Assembly: GCA_043801155.1 (NCBI GenBank)
Contig: JAZDMI010000021.1
Location: 130,683 to 194,682, forward strand
Origin: Candidatus Gottesmanbacteria bacterium
GTDB taxonomy: Bacteria; Patescibacteriota; Microgenomatia; JAMCYU01
DNA: 64,000 nucleotides
Reading direction: 5' to 3'
The first letter of the stretch is position 1. Each line of letters starts with the position of its first letter. The notes under the pieces are model-generated. The model ran no database searches and was not told the DNA's origin. It saw only the letters and a program-made list of their open reading frames with translations. A program made the translations under genes and the position numbers. This document shows positions 1-8,370 of the stretch, one piece after another.

Positions 1-936
1 GAATTTAAAAGAGATGTTCGGGGTGAGAAAGATCTGGGACCTCAAGATGAAATGGATATCGGTAAGTGGGCTTTGAAAAATTATCAAAGCGACTTAGTTA
101 CGATTACTCATTTCCCAACGAAAAAAAGAGCTTTCTATACCATGCCGGATCCCCAGGATCCGGAATATAGTTTAAGTTATGATCTTTTATTCCGGGGCTT
201 GGAGATTTTAAGCGGCAGCCAAAGAATTAATGATTATGATGAGTTAGTGAAAGCGATTAGTGATCGAGGTATGGACCCTAAAAATTTTGCAATGTATTTA
301 ATGGCTTTTAAATATGGTATGCCTCCGGAAGGTGGATTTTCTTTTGGCCTTGAGCGGATGACAAAAAATATTCTAAACTTAGAAAATATCCGTCAGGCTA
401 GTCTTTTCCCCAGGGATATGGAAAGAGTGGATATGAGATTAAGTCAAGACACTACATCGTCATTGCGAGCGAAGCGAAGCAATCTCTACGACGAAATAAT
501 TTCTCTTTTGGATTCTAACAACATTAAATATGAGACATTTGAACATCAGCCGGTTTTTACTTCAGAAGAGGCAGCAAAAATCCGTGGTACCAAGCTTTCT
601 CAAGGTGCCAAAGCCCTAATAATGATCGGAGATAAAAATCCCATAATGGTAGTTTTGCCGGCTGATAGAAAAGCAGATTTTAAGAAAATAAAATCTTCTC
701 TTGAAATAAAGAACTTAGAGATGGCAACTCCTGAAGATGTTAAAGAAGTAAGTGGAGTAGAAATCGGAGCAGTACCACCATTTGGTAATTTACTGGGTAT
801 TCCCCTCTACGTAGATATTCATCTAAAAGGAGAGAAAGAAATTGTTTTTAATGCCGGGTTGCATACTAAATCAATAAAGATGAAATGTGATGATTTTGAA
901 AAGGTAACGAGTCCTATTATTGGTGATTATTCCTAA
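1..936 (+). CDS. Class II aminoacyl-tRNA synthetase (AspRS/AsnRS type, archaeal-like C-terminus) fused in-frame to a YbaK/ProX-like aminoacyl-tRNA deacylase domain; 5' partial (the frame is open from base 1)
   Basis: The ORF has no stop back to base 1. Class IIb C-terminal motifs are present (DPKNFAMYLMAFKYGMPPEGGFSFGLERM...LFPRD..RL). After the embedded repeat comes a YbaK-like module (IISLLDSNNIKYETFEHQPVFTSEEAA...GAVPPFGN...). Confidence 0.7.
   Translation, partial: EFKRDVRGEKDLGPQDEMDIGKWALKNYQSDLVTITHFPTKKRAFYTMPDPQDPEYSLSYDLLFRGLEILSGSQRINDYDELVKAISDRGMDPKNFAMYLMAFKYGMPPEGGFSFGLERMTKNILNLENIRQASLFPRDMERVDMRLSQDTTSSLRAKRSNLYDEIISLLDSNNIKYETFEHQPVFTSEEAAKIRGTKLSQGAKALIMIGDKNPIMVVLPADRKADFKKIKSSLEIKNLEMATPEDVKEVSGVEIGAVPPFGNLLGIPLYVDIHLKGEKEIVFNAGLHTKSIKMKCDDFEKVTSPIIGDYS
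458..485 (+). repeat. Family-1 repeat, short form (CGTCATTGCGAGCGAAGCGAAGCAATCT), embedded in-frame in the aaRS-YbaK ORF and translated as SSLRAKRSNLY
   Basis: Near-identical copy of 4519-4547. It contains the hairpin ATTGC-N12-GCAAT. Confidence 0.85.
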
Positions 937-953
937 GATTTCATTATTGTTTA

Positions 954-990
954 AGATTGCTTCGTCACTTCGTTCCTCGCAATGACGAAG
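954..990 (-). repeat. Family-1 repeat, long form in inverted orientation (reverse complement CTTCGTCATTGCGAGGAACGAAGTGACGAAGCAATCT), 18 nt after the stop of the fused aaRS-YbaK gene
   Basis: The reverse complement shares GTCATTGCGAG...GAAGCAATCT with copies 458-485 and 4519-4547, and has the same long-form architecture as 4858-4892. Confidence 0.8.
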
Positions 991-1003
991 AGAATAACTA
1001 TTT

Positions 1004-1954
1004 ATGGCAAAACGGATTATTAAAAACAAAAAAATTTCTATATTTACTTTGCTTCTCTTTATATTAATACTGCTAATATTTCTTTTTCTTCCTGGGCAAA
1101 ATATTTATCAACAAAGTATTAAGCAGGGAAGACCTTTGGTTGCCGGCGTTCATTTTGTAGTTCCGTCACCAGCCCCATACCCAATAAATATGACTGGTAT
1201 TTTACCTCCGGATATAACTGCTCAAGGAGTTATTATCAGTGACATTTCATCAAGAGTAATACTTTTTGAAAAAAATCCCAAAATAAAAATGGCTCCGGCC
1301 TCGACAACAAAAATAATGAGCGCCATTGTTGCCTTAGAAAAATTTAAAAAGGATGACGTATTAACAGTTAATACCGTGATTACCGAAGGTAAAAAAATGA
1401 GCTTAATTCCCGGAGAGAAATTTACTTTTGAAAATCTCCTTTACGGTATGCTGGTTGATTCGGCTAATGATGCCACCTACACTATTGCCGAAAATTACCC
1501 AGGCGGAGTTACAAATTTTGTCCAAGCAATGAATAAGAAAGCCCAGGATCTTTTTCTTCAGGATACAAACTTTACCAACCCAATTGGTTTTGAAGATAAT
1601 AATCACTATACAACTGCAGCTGATTTAGCCCGTTTATCAACATATGCGTTAAATAATTCCGATATTATTAGGATCGTAGGGATTCCGGCGATTACTATTT
1701 CTGATATTACTTTTACGCGATTTTACTCGATGGAGAATGTTAATCAATTATTGGGTAAAATCCCGGGCGTATTTGGTTTTAAGACCGGCTGGACGGAAAA
1801 TGCTGGCGAATGTTTAGTCACGACAATTGAAAGAGGAGATAAAAAAATCTTAATTATTATTTTAGGAAGTAAGGATCGGTTTGGGGAAACAAAATTATTG
1901 ATAGATTGGGTTTTTACGAATTTTTCTTGGCAGACTATTGCCCAACCCACGTAG
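1004..1954 (+). CDS. dacA: D-alanyl-D-alanine carboxypeptidase (PBP5/6-like, peptidase S11), membrane-anchored
   Basis: N-terminal TM segment; SxxK (ASTTK), SxN (SAN) and KTG (KTGWT) motifs. Confidence 0.75.
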   Translation: MAKRIIKNKKISIFTLLLFILILLIFLFLPGQNIYQQSIKQGRPLVAGVHFVVPSPAPYPINMTGILPPDITAQGVIISDISSRVILFEKNPKIKMAPASTTKIMSAIVALEKFKKDDVLTVNTVITEGKKMSLIPGEKFTFENLLYGMLVDSANDATYTIAENYPGGVTNFVQAMNKKAQDLFLQDTNFTNPIGFEDNNHYTTAADLARLSTYALNNSDIIRIVGIPAITISDITFTRFYSMENVNQLLGKIPGVFGFKTGWTENAGECLVTTIERGDKKILIIILGSKDRFGETKLLIDWVFTNFSWQTIAQPT

Positions 1955-2990
1955 GATTGACAGCTGATATATAAGCTAAAAAGTTAGGATCTCCCTCAAA
2001 AACATAAATTGGCTGTAAAAATTCTTGATAATCTGCTGGATAATAATAAGCCAAATAGATTTTTCTAATTGTAATAGAGGTAGCATTCTGGCCAATATTA
2101 ATAATAAAACTTTTGCCGCTTCTTAACTCATCCCAGGCATTAGCCGCACTTTTTAACGGATAGGTAGCTTGTTGATAATTATCAATTTGCCAGAAGTAAT
2201 ATGATAATTCAAGAATACGCTTAGATGCATCAGTGTTTCCGGAAAATAGAAAATATATAGGCTCATATGGGTGGTTAGCCGAAAATAACGGCAGGTTGAG
2301 TATATTTTCTCGGGAAAAATCTACCCTGACGGCATCGGCATTTGACATACTCGTTGTTAATATTAGATTATTACCAGAAAGTTGCCAATAACTAACTGCT
2401 GTTTTGCCATTATTTAAAGTAGTAGGAAAAAGAGATAATTCTTTTAGATATTCGCTGGCTTCAGTAATCGCTTTATCTTTAGTGGGTAAATTCTTTTCTG
2501 TAAATAGGGAGATATCGAGTGAATAATCATATGTCATTTTAAAATTTCCGTTTACAATATTCATTTTTAAAACCCGTAATGGATTTAAATTATCTTGCCA
2601 TCGATACGTGGTTGCATTTTCGGATTCGGGTTCAGAATAAAAACCTAATTTGCTAGCAAATTGTTTAGCCCGACTAAAAGATAACAAATTAGCGCTTGGT
2701 TTAGAGATAAAAAAAACATTAGCAGTTGATGAGGCGACGCTTGGAGCTCCTTCAATAGTCTCTAGCTTATAAGTCAGATTGGCTGACGGTGATGCACCGG
2801 AGGGAAATTTTAAAGCGGGTAACTTACCAAAGGCAACAGTTGGCGGAGGCGGGGCTGGGGGAAAAGTCTTGCGCCAAACATCAATCGCCATCCCAAATAA
2901 AAATTTTAGAATAAAAAAGATTATCAGACCAATAATTCCCCATTGAATACTTTTCCTAGAATAATAAGCAGTTTCAGTTAAAGTTGCCAT
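1935..2990 (-). CDS. Hypothetical membrane-anchored extracytoplasmic protein (N-terminal TM, Pro-rich linker)
   Basis: 351-aa ORF with an N-terminal hydrophobic helix followed by PPAPPPP. No recognisable catalytic motif. Confidence 0.45.
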   Translation of the reverse strand: MATLTETAYYSRKSIQWGIIGLIIFFILKFLFGMAIDVWRKTFPPAPPPPTVAFGKLPALKFPSGASPSANLTYKLETIEGAPSVASSTANVFFISKPSANLLSFSRAKQFASKLGFYSEPESENATTYRWQDNLNPLRVLKMNIVNGNFKMTYDYSLDISLFTEKNLPTKDKAITEASEYLKELSLFPTTLNNGKTAVSYWQLSGNNLILTTSMSNADAVRVDFSRENILNLPLFSANHPYEPIYFLFSGNTDASKRILELSYYFWQIDNYQQATYPLKSAANAWDELRSGKSFIINIGQNATSITIRKIYLAYYYPADYQEFLQPIYVFEGDPNFLAYISAVNPTWVGQ

Positions 2991-3066
2991 CCTTCGACAA
3001 GCTCAGGATGAATAGATCCTGGGCAGATAGATTGAGTATAGCATTAGCCTGTGTTAGAATTCAATC

Positions 3067-4509
3067 ATGACTGTTCGAACCCGCATTGCTCCATCGCCGA
3101 CAGGCGAAGATTTACACATTGGGAATGTCTATACTGCCCTGATTAATTTTATCTTTGCTAAACAAAATCAAGGAAAGTTCATCATTAGGATTGAAGATAC
3201 CGATCAGACCCGGTTAGTATCCGGTTCAGAAAATAAGATATTAGACTCTCTTTGTTGGTTGGGATTAGCTTATGATGAAGGACCGGATATCGGAGGCCCC
3301 TATGCTCCTTATCGTCAATCAGACAGGTTAAAATTATATAAACAATATGCTCAAGAACTGGTTAAAGTTGGCGCAGCTTATCATTGTTTTTGTACGCCGC
3401 AAATTTTAGAAAAGATGCACCAGGATCAGTTTAGCAAAAATCTTCCTCCTCGATATGATCAGCGTTGTCGACATCTAAATAACGAAGAGATACAAAAAAG
3501 ACTCAAAAACGGCGACCCCCATGTTATTCGGCTTAAGGTTCCGCAAGCCGGCCAAACAAGATTTACTGATTTAATCAGAGGGGAGATTGTTTTCGAAAAT
3601 GGTTTAATTGATGATCAAGTGCTTCTGAAATCAGATGGTTTTCCAACTTATCACTTAGGAGTAGTAGTCGATGACCACCTAATGGAAATCAGTCACGTAA
3701 TCAGAGCTGAAGAATGGATTTCGTCAACCCCCAAACATATTCTTATTTATAAAGCCTTTGGTTGGGATATACCTTTTTTTGCTCATACTCCATTGCTTCG
3801 TAACCCGGACCACGCAAAGCTTTCAAAGCGCAAAAATCCAGTTTGGCTTTCTTGGTATAAAGAACAGGGATATTTACCAGAGGCGATTTTAAACTATTTA
3901 GCCTTAATGGGTTGGGCGTATCCTAAGGGCAAAGAAATATTTTCCTTAGATGAGCTGACAAAAGCATTCAAACTTGAAAAGATTCAGACAACCGGACCGG
4001 TTTTTGATTTAACAAAACTAGAATGGCTCAACGGATCATATATAAGACAAAAAACACCTAACGAATTAATGGATTTATTATTGTCCTATTCTACCGCTAT
4101 GGTCATACAAAAAACGCCACCGGAAAAGCTTAAACAAATTATAACTCTTATTCAGGACAGAATGAGGAAACTGGCAGACTTTAAAGAGCTAACTGATTTT
4201 TTCTTTAATAAGCCAACCGTTGACTTAGAATTGCTATTGGCTGGGAAATCAAAAGAAGATATAGAAAAAGTTTTAGGGATGACCATATTCCGGTTTGAAA
4301 AAATAAATGAATGGACCGTTAAAAAAATTGAACAGGAAACATTGGGGGCAGTATCAGAAACCGGATTTAAAACTGGTGATTACTTTATGATTATAAGAGT
4401 AGCCATAACAGGTTTGTCTGCCACTCCACCAATTAATGAAACGATGGAAATTTTAGGCAAAGATGAAACAATAGATCGTCTGAAAACAGCACTTGGGAAA
4501 ATAAAGTAA
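3067..4509 (+). CDS. gltX: Glutamyl-tRNA synthetase
   Basis: HIGH motif (PSPTGEDLHIGN) and KMSKS-type motif (KLSKRK). Confidence 0.9.
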   Translation: MTVRTRIAPSPTGEDLHIGNVYTALINFIFAKQNQGKFIIRIEDTDQTRLVSGSENKILDSLCWLGLAYDEGPDIGGPYAPYRQSDRLKLYKQYAQELVKVGAAYHCFCTPQILEKMHQDQFSKNLPPRYDQRCRHLNNEEIQKRLKNGDPHVIRLKVPQAGQTRFTDLIRGEIVFENGLIDDQVLLKSDGFPTYHLGVVVDDHLMEISHVIRAEEWISSTPKHILIYKAFGWDIPFFAHTPLLRNPDHAKLSKRKNPVWLSWYKEQGYLPEAILNYLALMGWAYPKGKEIFSLDELTKAFKLEKIQTTGPVFDLTKLEWLNGSYIRQKTPNELMDLLLSYSTAMVIQKTPPEKLKQIITLIQDRMRKLADFKELTDFFFNKPTVDLELLLAGKSKEDIEKVLGMTIFRFEKINEWTVKKIEQETLGAVSETGFKTGDYFMIIRVAITGLSATPPINETMEILGKDETIDRLKTALGKIK

Positions 4510-4518
4510 AGATAATTT

Positions 4519-4547
4519 CCGTCATTGCGAGCGAAGCGAAGCAATCT
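4519..4547 (+). repeat. Family-1 repeat, short form, immediately upstream of the GIY-YIG gene
   Basis: CCGTCATTGCGAGCGAAGCGAAGCAATCT; essentially identical to 458-485. Confidence 0.85.
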
Positions 4548-4561
4548 CGTCAAATAGTCTA

Positions 4562-4858
4562 ATGAGAAATAGGCAATCGTTTGTTTATATAGCAACAAAC
4601 AAGTTTAATTCTGTCTTGTATACAGGTGTAACCGGTGATTTAATAAAGCGTGGCTACGAACATAAAATAGGAGTAGTTTCTGGATTTACATCAAAATACA
4701 AAATTCACAAACTGGTATATTACGAAATATTTGACGATATAAGCGAAGCGATAAAAAGAGAGAAACAAATTAAGGATGGGTCTAGAAAGAAGAAAATAGA
4801 ACTGGTTATGAAAATGAATCCGGAGTTTAGAGATTTATATGAGGATATTGTTAAATAA
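4562..4858 (+). CDS. GIY-YIG nuclease family protein (small, stand-alone)
   Basis: FVYIATNKFNSVLYTGVTGDLIKRGYEH...YYE...EAIKREKQIK; typical ~95-aa GIY-YIG/UPF0213 architecture. Confidence 0.85.
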   Translation: MRNRQSFVYIATNKFNSVLYTGVTGDLIKRGYEHKIGVVSGFTSKYKIHKLVYYEIFDDISEAIKREKQIKDGSRKKKIELVMKMNPEFRDLYEDIVK

Positions 4859-4892
4859 GATTGCTTCGTCATTTTCGTTCCTCGCAATGACG
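4858..4892 (-). repeat. Family-1 repeat, long form inverted, overlapping the GIY-YIG stop codon
   Basis: Reverse complement CGTCATTGCGAGGAACGAAAATGACGAAGCAATCT; partner of 4519-4547. Confidence 0.8.
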
Positions 4893-4902
4893 ATGAGAGA
4901 AA

Positions 4903-5262
4903 ATGAAAAGACAATATAAATACAAAAATTTTCAGCATCATAATTTAGCTTCCGGCCACTGGAGAGATTTCAGCCTAATTGAACAATTAGCTAATATAGG
5001 CAGTGAAGTGGAACGATCAATTAAATGGCGATCTAAAGGGGACAATGAAACGAGCAAAAATGCTTTTATAAGAGCCTTAGAACTTTTCGATTTGACGATA
5101 GGTGATCCTAAAAATAAAAATAGACTAAAGGAAGTTTGTCGAGCCAGAGAATTATTCTGTGATTTTTTTATCGGAACAAATCAATATCATCAAATCGCTA
5201 AACAATGGTGTGACTATTTTTATCAATTTGCTTATCTTGCCCAAAATAGGAAAAATTTGTAA
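4903..5262 (+). CDS. Hypothetical protein (119 aa)
   Basis: Intact ORF directly after the right-hand repeat. No recognisable motif. Confidence 0.35.
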   Translation: MKRQYKYKNFQHHNLASGHWRDFSLIEQLANIGSEVERSIKWRSKGDNETSKNAFIRALELFDLTIGDPKNKNRLKEVCRARELFCDFFIGTNQYHQIAKQWCDYFYQFAYLAQNRKNL

Positions 5263-5344
5263 TTAACTTTATTACTTCAAAGCAATATAGTAGCTTCATA
5301 TGAAATTGTTTTATCTTTTATTTCTATGTTAAAATACTTCTAAT

Positions 5345-5416
5345 TGCCGAGTGGTGTAGTGGTAACACGTCTGCCTCTGGAGCAGAAGACCCTAGGTCCG
5401 AATCCTAGCTCGGCAG
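5345..5416 (+). tRNA. tRNA-Gln (anticodon CUG); CCA not encoded
   Basis: Cloverleaf read by hand. Acceptor TGCCGAG/CTCGGCA with U1-A72 and discriminator G73 (Gln identity elements). Anticodon stem TCTGC/GCAGA, loop CTCTGGA, T-arm CTAGG-TCCGAAT-CCTAG. Confidence 0.75.
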
Positions 5417-5464
5417 CCGAACAAGTCGGAGTAATCGGCTTAAGTTAAATGACAAACGCTACAT

Positions 5465-6253
5465 ATGGTCGGTGAAAACTCAGTGTCTCGTCAACAAAAC
5501 ATACATGACTATGACAGTTTCGGAACCAAGATAACGGCCGAAGAGATTAAAGGATATTATAACTTGAGGTTCAAGCCCGAAGAACTGAGGCTTATCGATT
5601 CCATATCCTTGCAAATCAAAGAACTTAAAGAGGAATACCCAATATTGTCTCAAGCAGATTTAGTTATTGAAGGTGGAGTAGGATCCGAAGACGTGATGAG
5701 GGAAATAGTTAGGGTTATATATCCATACCCCAAAGCTTTGTATGCCGGTATGGATTTAAATTCAATTTGGGAAAGGATGCATGGGCCGCGATACAAGTTG
5801 ATGGTGGATGAGAACAGAGCTCAGCAATTAAGTGAGGCCAATCGAACCTCTATTCCAGCATTTAGCTACGATGAAAAAATCTGCGCTAATTGCTTTGACT
5901 ATAGTTTGGTGAAAGATTTATCGCATAAATTAGGACGCCATTTTCCTTTATTGGTTTCATTTAATGCTTTAGGTGCGCTAAGCGATCCGTACAATTGGGG
6001 TCCTGATGAAGATCGTGATGTAAAAAAACCCGAGGACAGTCATCCGCTAGAACACTGGTTTTCTAAAGATAGTCCATATATTGCCCAGATCCATTTTTCT
6101 CATGAGCCTATTAGGTTTAAGAACGTTTTTACTAACGAAATGAATTTGCGTTTTCAGTTTGAAGACTTATGCTCCTGCGCGAGGCGGTTCAATCTCCAAA
6201 TAGCAGAAGTAAAAAACGGTTTAGTAATCTTTGGTTATAATTCAGGACTATAG
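5465..6253 (+). CDS. Hypothetical protein (262 aa), visibly GC-richer than its neighbours; candidate horizontally acquired cargo next to tRNA-Gln
   Basis: Long ORF with codon usage shifted towards G/C. It is followed by a strong intrinsic terminator. No recognisable motif. Confidence 0.5.
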   Translation: MVGENSVSRQQNIHDYDSFGTKITAEEIKGYYNLRFKPEELRLIDSISLQIKELKEEYPILSQADLVIEGGVGSEDVMREIVRVIYPYPKALYAGMDLNSIWERMHGPRYKLMVDENRAQQLSEANRTSIPAFSYDEKICANCFDYSLVKDLSHKLGRHFPLLVSFNALGALSDPYNWGPDEDRDVKKPEDSHPLEHWFSKDSPYIAQIHFSHEPIRFKNVFTNEMNLRFQFEDLCSCARRFNLQIAEVKNGLVIFGYNSGL

Positions 6254-6300
6254 ATGTATGTAAGAGAGGATATATATGGGGGAAGATAAATGGTTCTAGG

Positions 6301-6335
6301 CCGGCCAGCTCGGCCACTTTTTTTAATTATTTTCG
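6301..6335 (+). terminator. Rho-independent terminator (GGCCG-GCCAGCT-CGGCC followed by ACTTTTTTTAATT)
   Basis: GC stem plus T-run downstream of the 5465-6253 gene. Confidence 0.6.
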
Positions 6336-6371
6336 AGTGTGATATACTCGGGCAGCCATCCTCTTTAATTT

Positions 6372-6824
6372 ATGAAAAAAGGAATTGATTATATCGGCGT
6401 TTCCGTGGGAGCCTTGATTTTTAATAAAAAGGGAGAAATTTTTTTAACTAAAAGAAGTAAAAATACCAAAAATGAGCATGGTTGTTGGGAAGCACCGGGC
6501 GGAGGAGTTGAATTTGGAGAAACCTTGCAAGATGCGATTAAAAGGGAAATCAAAGAGGAGTATGGAGTTGATATTATTCTTCTTAAACAACTACCAGCTC
6601 AAAATCACCTTCTGCCCAAAGAAAGTCAGCATTGGGTACCAACAAGTTTTATTGCCAAAATAAAAAACGGACAAACACCAAAAATTATGGAGCCGGAGAA
6701 ATGTGACAATCTTGGTTGGTTCCCGTTAAATAAACTTCCCAGACCTCTTTCGGTTATAACAAAATTAGATCTTAAAGCTCTTAAAAAAGATAAAATTAAT
6801 ATCAGCAACTATGAGAGAAAATAA
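6372..6824 (+). CDS. NUDIX hydrolase
   Basis: Nudix box [24 protein letters not shown]. Confidence 0.8.
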   Translation: MKKGIDYIGVSVGALIFNKKGEIFLTKRSKNTKNEHGCWEAPGGGVEFGETLQDAIKREIKEEYGVDIILLKQLPAQNHLLPKESQHWVPTSFIAKIKNGQTPKIMEPEKCDNLGWFPLNKLPRPLSVITKLDLKALKKDKINISNYERK

Positions 6825-7197
6825 GTTAAAAATTCAAATTAATAAGCCTCTTAAGGAAGTTTTTGCTTTTCCTTTAAATCCGGCCAATACACCCAAATGG
6901 ATAAGTTCTCTTATTAAAGAAGAAACTAATGAATGGCCAGTTAAAGTGGGAACAATCTATCGGAATCAAAACAAAGAAGGTAAGTGGGTGGAATATGTGG
7001 TGACGGCTTTTAAAGAAAATGAAATGTTTGAGATGACTTCAGCCGACAGAAACTATCATGTCCGCTATAGCTTTAGACCTTTAAACAACTTTATTACTGA
7101 ACTCGAATATTTTGAATGGGTAAATAAGGGAGAACTCGAAGAACCGTTTACTCAAGAAATATTGAATAAACTGAAGACTGTATTGGAGAAGTCCTAG
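6811..7197 (+). CDS. SRPBCC (Bet v1-like / polyketide-cyclase-like) family protein, putative
   Basis: Size and the N-terminal pattern [21 protein letters not shown] resemble SRPBCC proteins. The fold is assigned by weak similarity only. Confidence 0.4.
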   Translation: MRENKLKIQINKPLKEVFAFPLNPANTPKWISSLIKEETNEWPVKVGTIYRNQNKEGKWVEYVVTAFKENEMFEMTSADRNYHVRYSFRPLNNFITELEYFEWVNKGELEEPFTQEILNKLKTVLEKS

Positions 7198-7542
7198 ACC
7201 GGTATGGTGGCAAGTATAGTATAATTACCGAAGAGGCGACGTTTCTTAAGTTTTAGCTACAGGGTACTTAAGTAATATGGTAGAAGATTGTGAAGTAGGA
7301 TGCTTTTTATTTCACGCTTTAGAGCGTATTGATAGCTCTTTAGCGGATTTAAATAAAGAAGCTAGAAAAGTAGCACAGGAAGGTGGGGAATTTCCTGGTT
7401 CAGCAGGATCGATGTGCGGGGCTTGTGTAACTAGGAAAAAAAATGACACCTCTCTAGAGATAAAAAAAGCGAACCTTAAGCTTTGAAACGAAAATGTAAT
7501 TTATTTGACTTGTTAATTGCAACTGATATATCATTAATTAAG

Positions 7543-8370
7543 ATGAATATTAAAAGGTTATTATTGTTAACGTTGTTTTTCTTCTCTATCAGTCTTTTTG
7601 CTCCAAAAACTTCACAAGCAGTTGATTTAAAAGAAGTGCTAACTTCAAATGATTCAATTGTAGTAAGAATACAGGAAGGGATTGAATATTTCTTTGCCTT
7701 CAAGGTTGAAAATAAGGTTAAGGTCTTGGAAAGACAAGCAGAAAAAAGATTAACTATGGCGCAGGGTTATGCTGATAAAGGAAATGATGAAAAGGTAAAT
7801 AATTTATTGCAAAACTACCTGCAAATAAAAGATAGACAGAATGATTTATTAGGGGGAATCAAGGGTGGGGAGATTTTGGGAACGGTTGAAGAAAGAACGA
7901 TCGAACAACAAAAAACAATGGAAGAGATAAAAACTAAGATTGATGAAGATGGGAAGAAAAATGTTGTTCAGGTTCAGGAGCAAGTCGTAAATCAGGTGGC
8001 AAAAAGGGTTATCGATGTAAACGGAAAGGAAGGGGCAACTGAGTTTTTAAATAATGTGGTGCATGTCTGGGCACCCGGAACAGGGCCGGGAGGAGGGGAA
8101 GCGGGAGTAGTATATGCAGGTGGTGGAAAATTAATCTTTGCACCCGGAACAGGGCCGGGAGGACAGGGTGGAGTTGTGATTGAGGGTGGAGAAATGAAGT
8201 TTGCACCAGGGACTTCCGAGGGTGGATCCGGTGGGACTGATATTAAGAATGTGGAAGTAAATACTGGGGGAGGTTCAGAGAGTGGCGGAACAACCGTAGA
8301 AGGTGGAAATCAAAATATGGCTCCGGGGACTACTTCGGGAGGGGAAGGAACAACAGTTATTAAGGAATAA
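7543..8370 (+). CDS. Secreted Gly-rich tandem-repeat protein (hypothetical)
   Basis: Signal peptide MNIKRLLLLTLFFFSISLFAPKTSQA. The C-terminal half consists of repeated APGTxxGG... units, with a ~75-bp DNA unit repeated from about 8060. Confidence 0.5.
   Translation: MNIKRLLLLTLFFFSISLFAPKTSQAVDLKEVLTSNDSIVVRIQEGIEYFFAFKVENKVKVLERQAEKRLTMAQGYADKGNDEKVNNLLQNYLQIKDRQNDLLGGIKGGEILGTVEERTIEQQKTMEEIKTKIDEDGKKNVVQVQEQVVNQVAKRVIDVNGKEGATEFLNNVVHVWAPGTGPGGGEAGVVYAGGGKLIFAPGTGPGGQGGVVIEGGEMKFAPGTSEGGSGGTDIKNVEVNTGGGSESGGTTVEGGNQNMAPGTTSGGEGTTVIKE

Noticed and set aside
1403-1606. Minus-strand 67-aa ORF inside the dacA-like gene (similarly 1744-1950, 4380-4598, 4720-4941, 8009-8206, 8962-9150, 9493-9702, 13952-14185, 17985-18282, 19050-19298, 25285-25560, 28504-28707, 29666-30018, 31806-32528, 32959-33243, 33421-33738, 34671-35054, 37690-37905, 38165-38422, 38549-38917, 45062-45771, 48641-48871, 52447-52734, 54197-54406, 55237-55599, 55872-56069, 56341-56538, 57779-58030, 58280-58462, 61731-61925 and 62259-62495)
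   Set aside because: All are antisense or shadow ORFs fully embedded in longer, motif-supported genes on the opposite strand. They have low-complexity or odd composition and no RBS.
7380-7440. Possible SRP (4.5S) RNA helix-8-like sequence GCACAGGAAGGTGGGGAATTTCCTGGTTCAGCAGG
   Set aside because: It only loosely resembles the CAGGUCCGGAAGGAAGCAGC core. No proper GNRA tetraloop or symmetric-loop arrangement could be placed by hand. It is kept only as part of the low-confidence finding for 7198-7542.
7476-7703. Minus-strand 75-aa ORF across the start of the Gly-rich secreted protein gene
   Set aside because: AT-rich low-complexity translation (NNNNLLIFILIND) that overlaps the better-supported + strand signal peptide.
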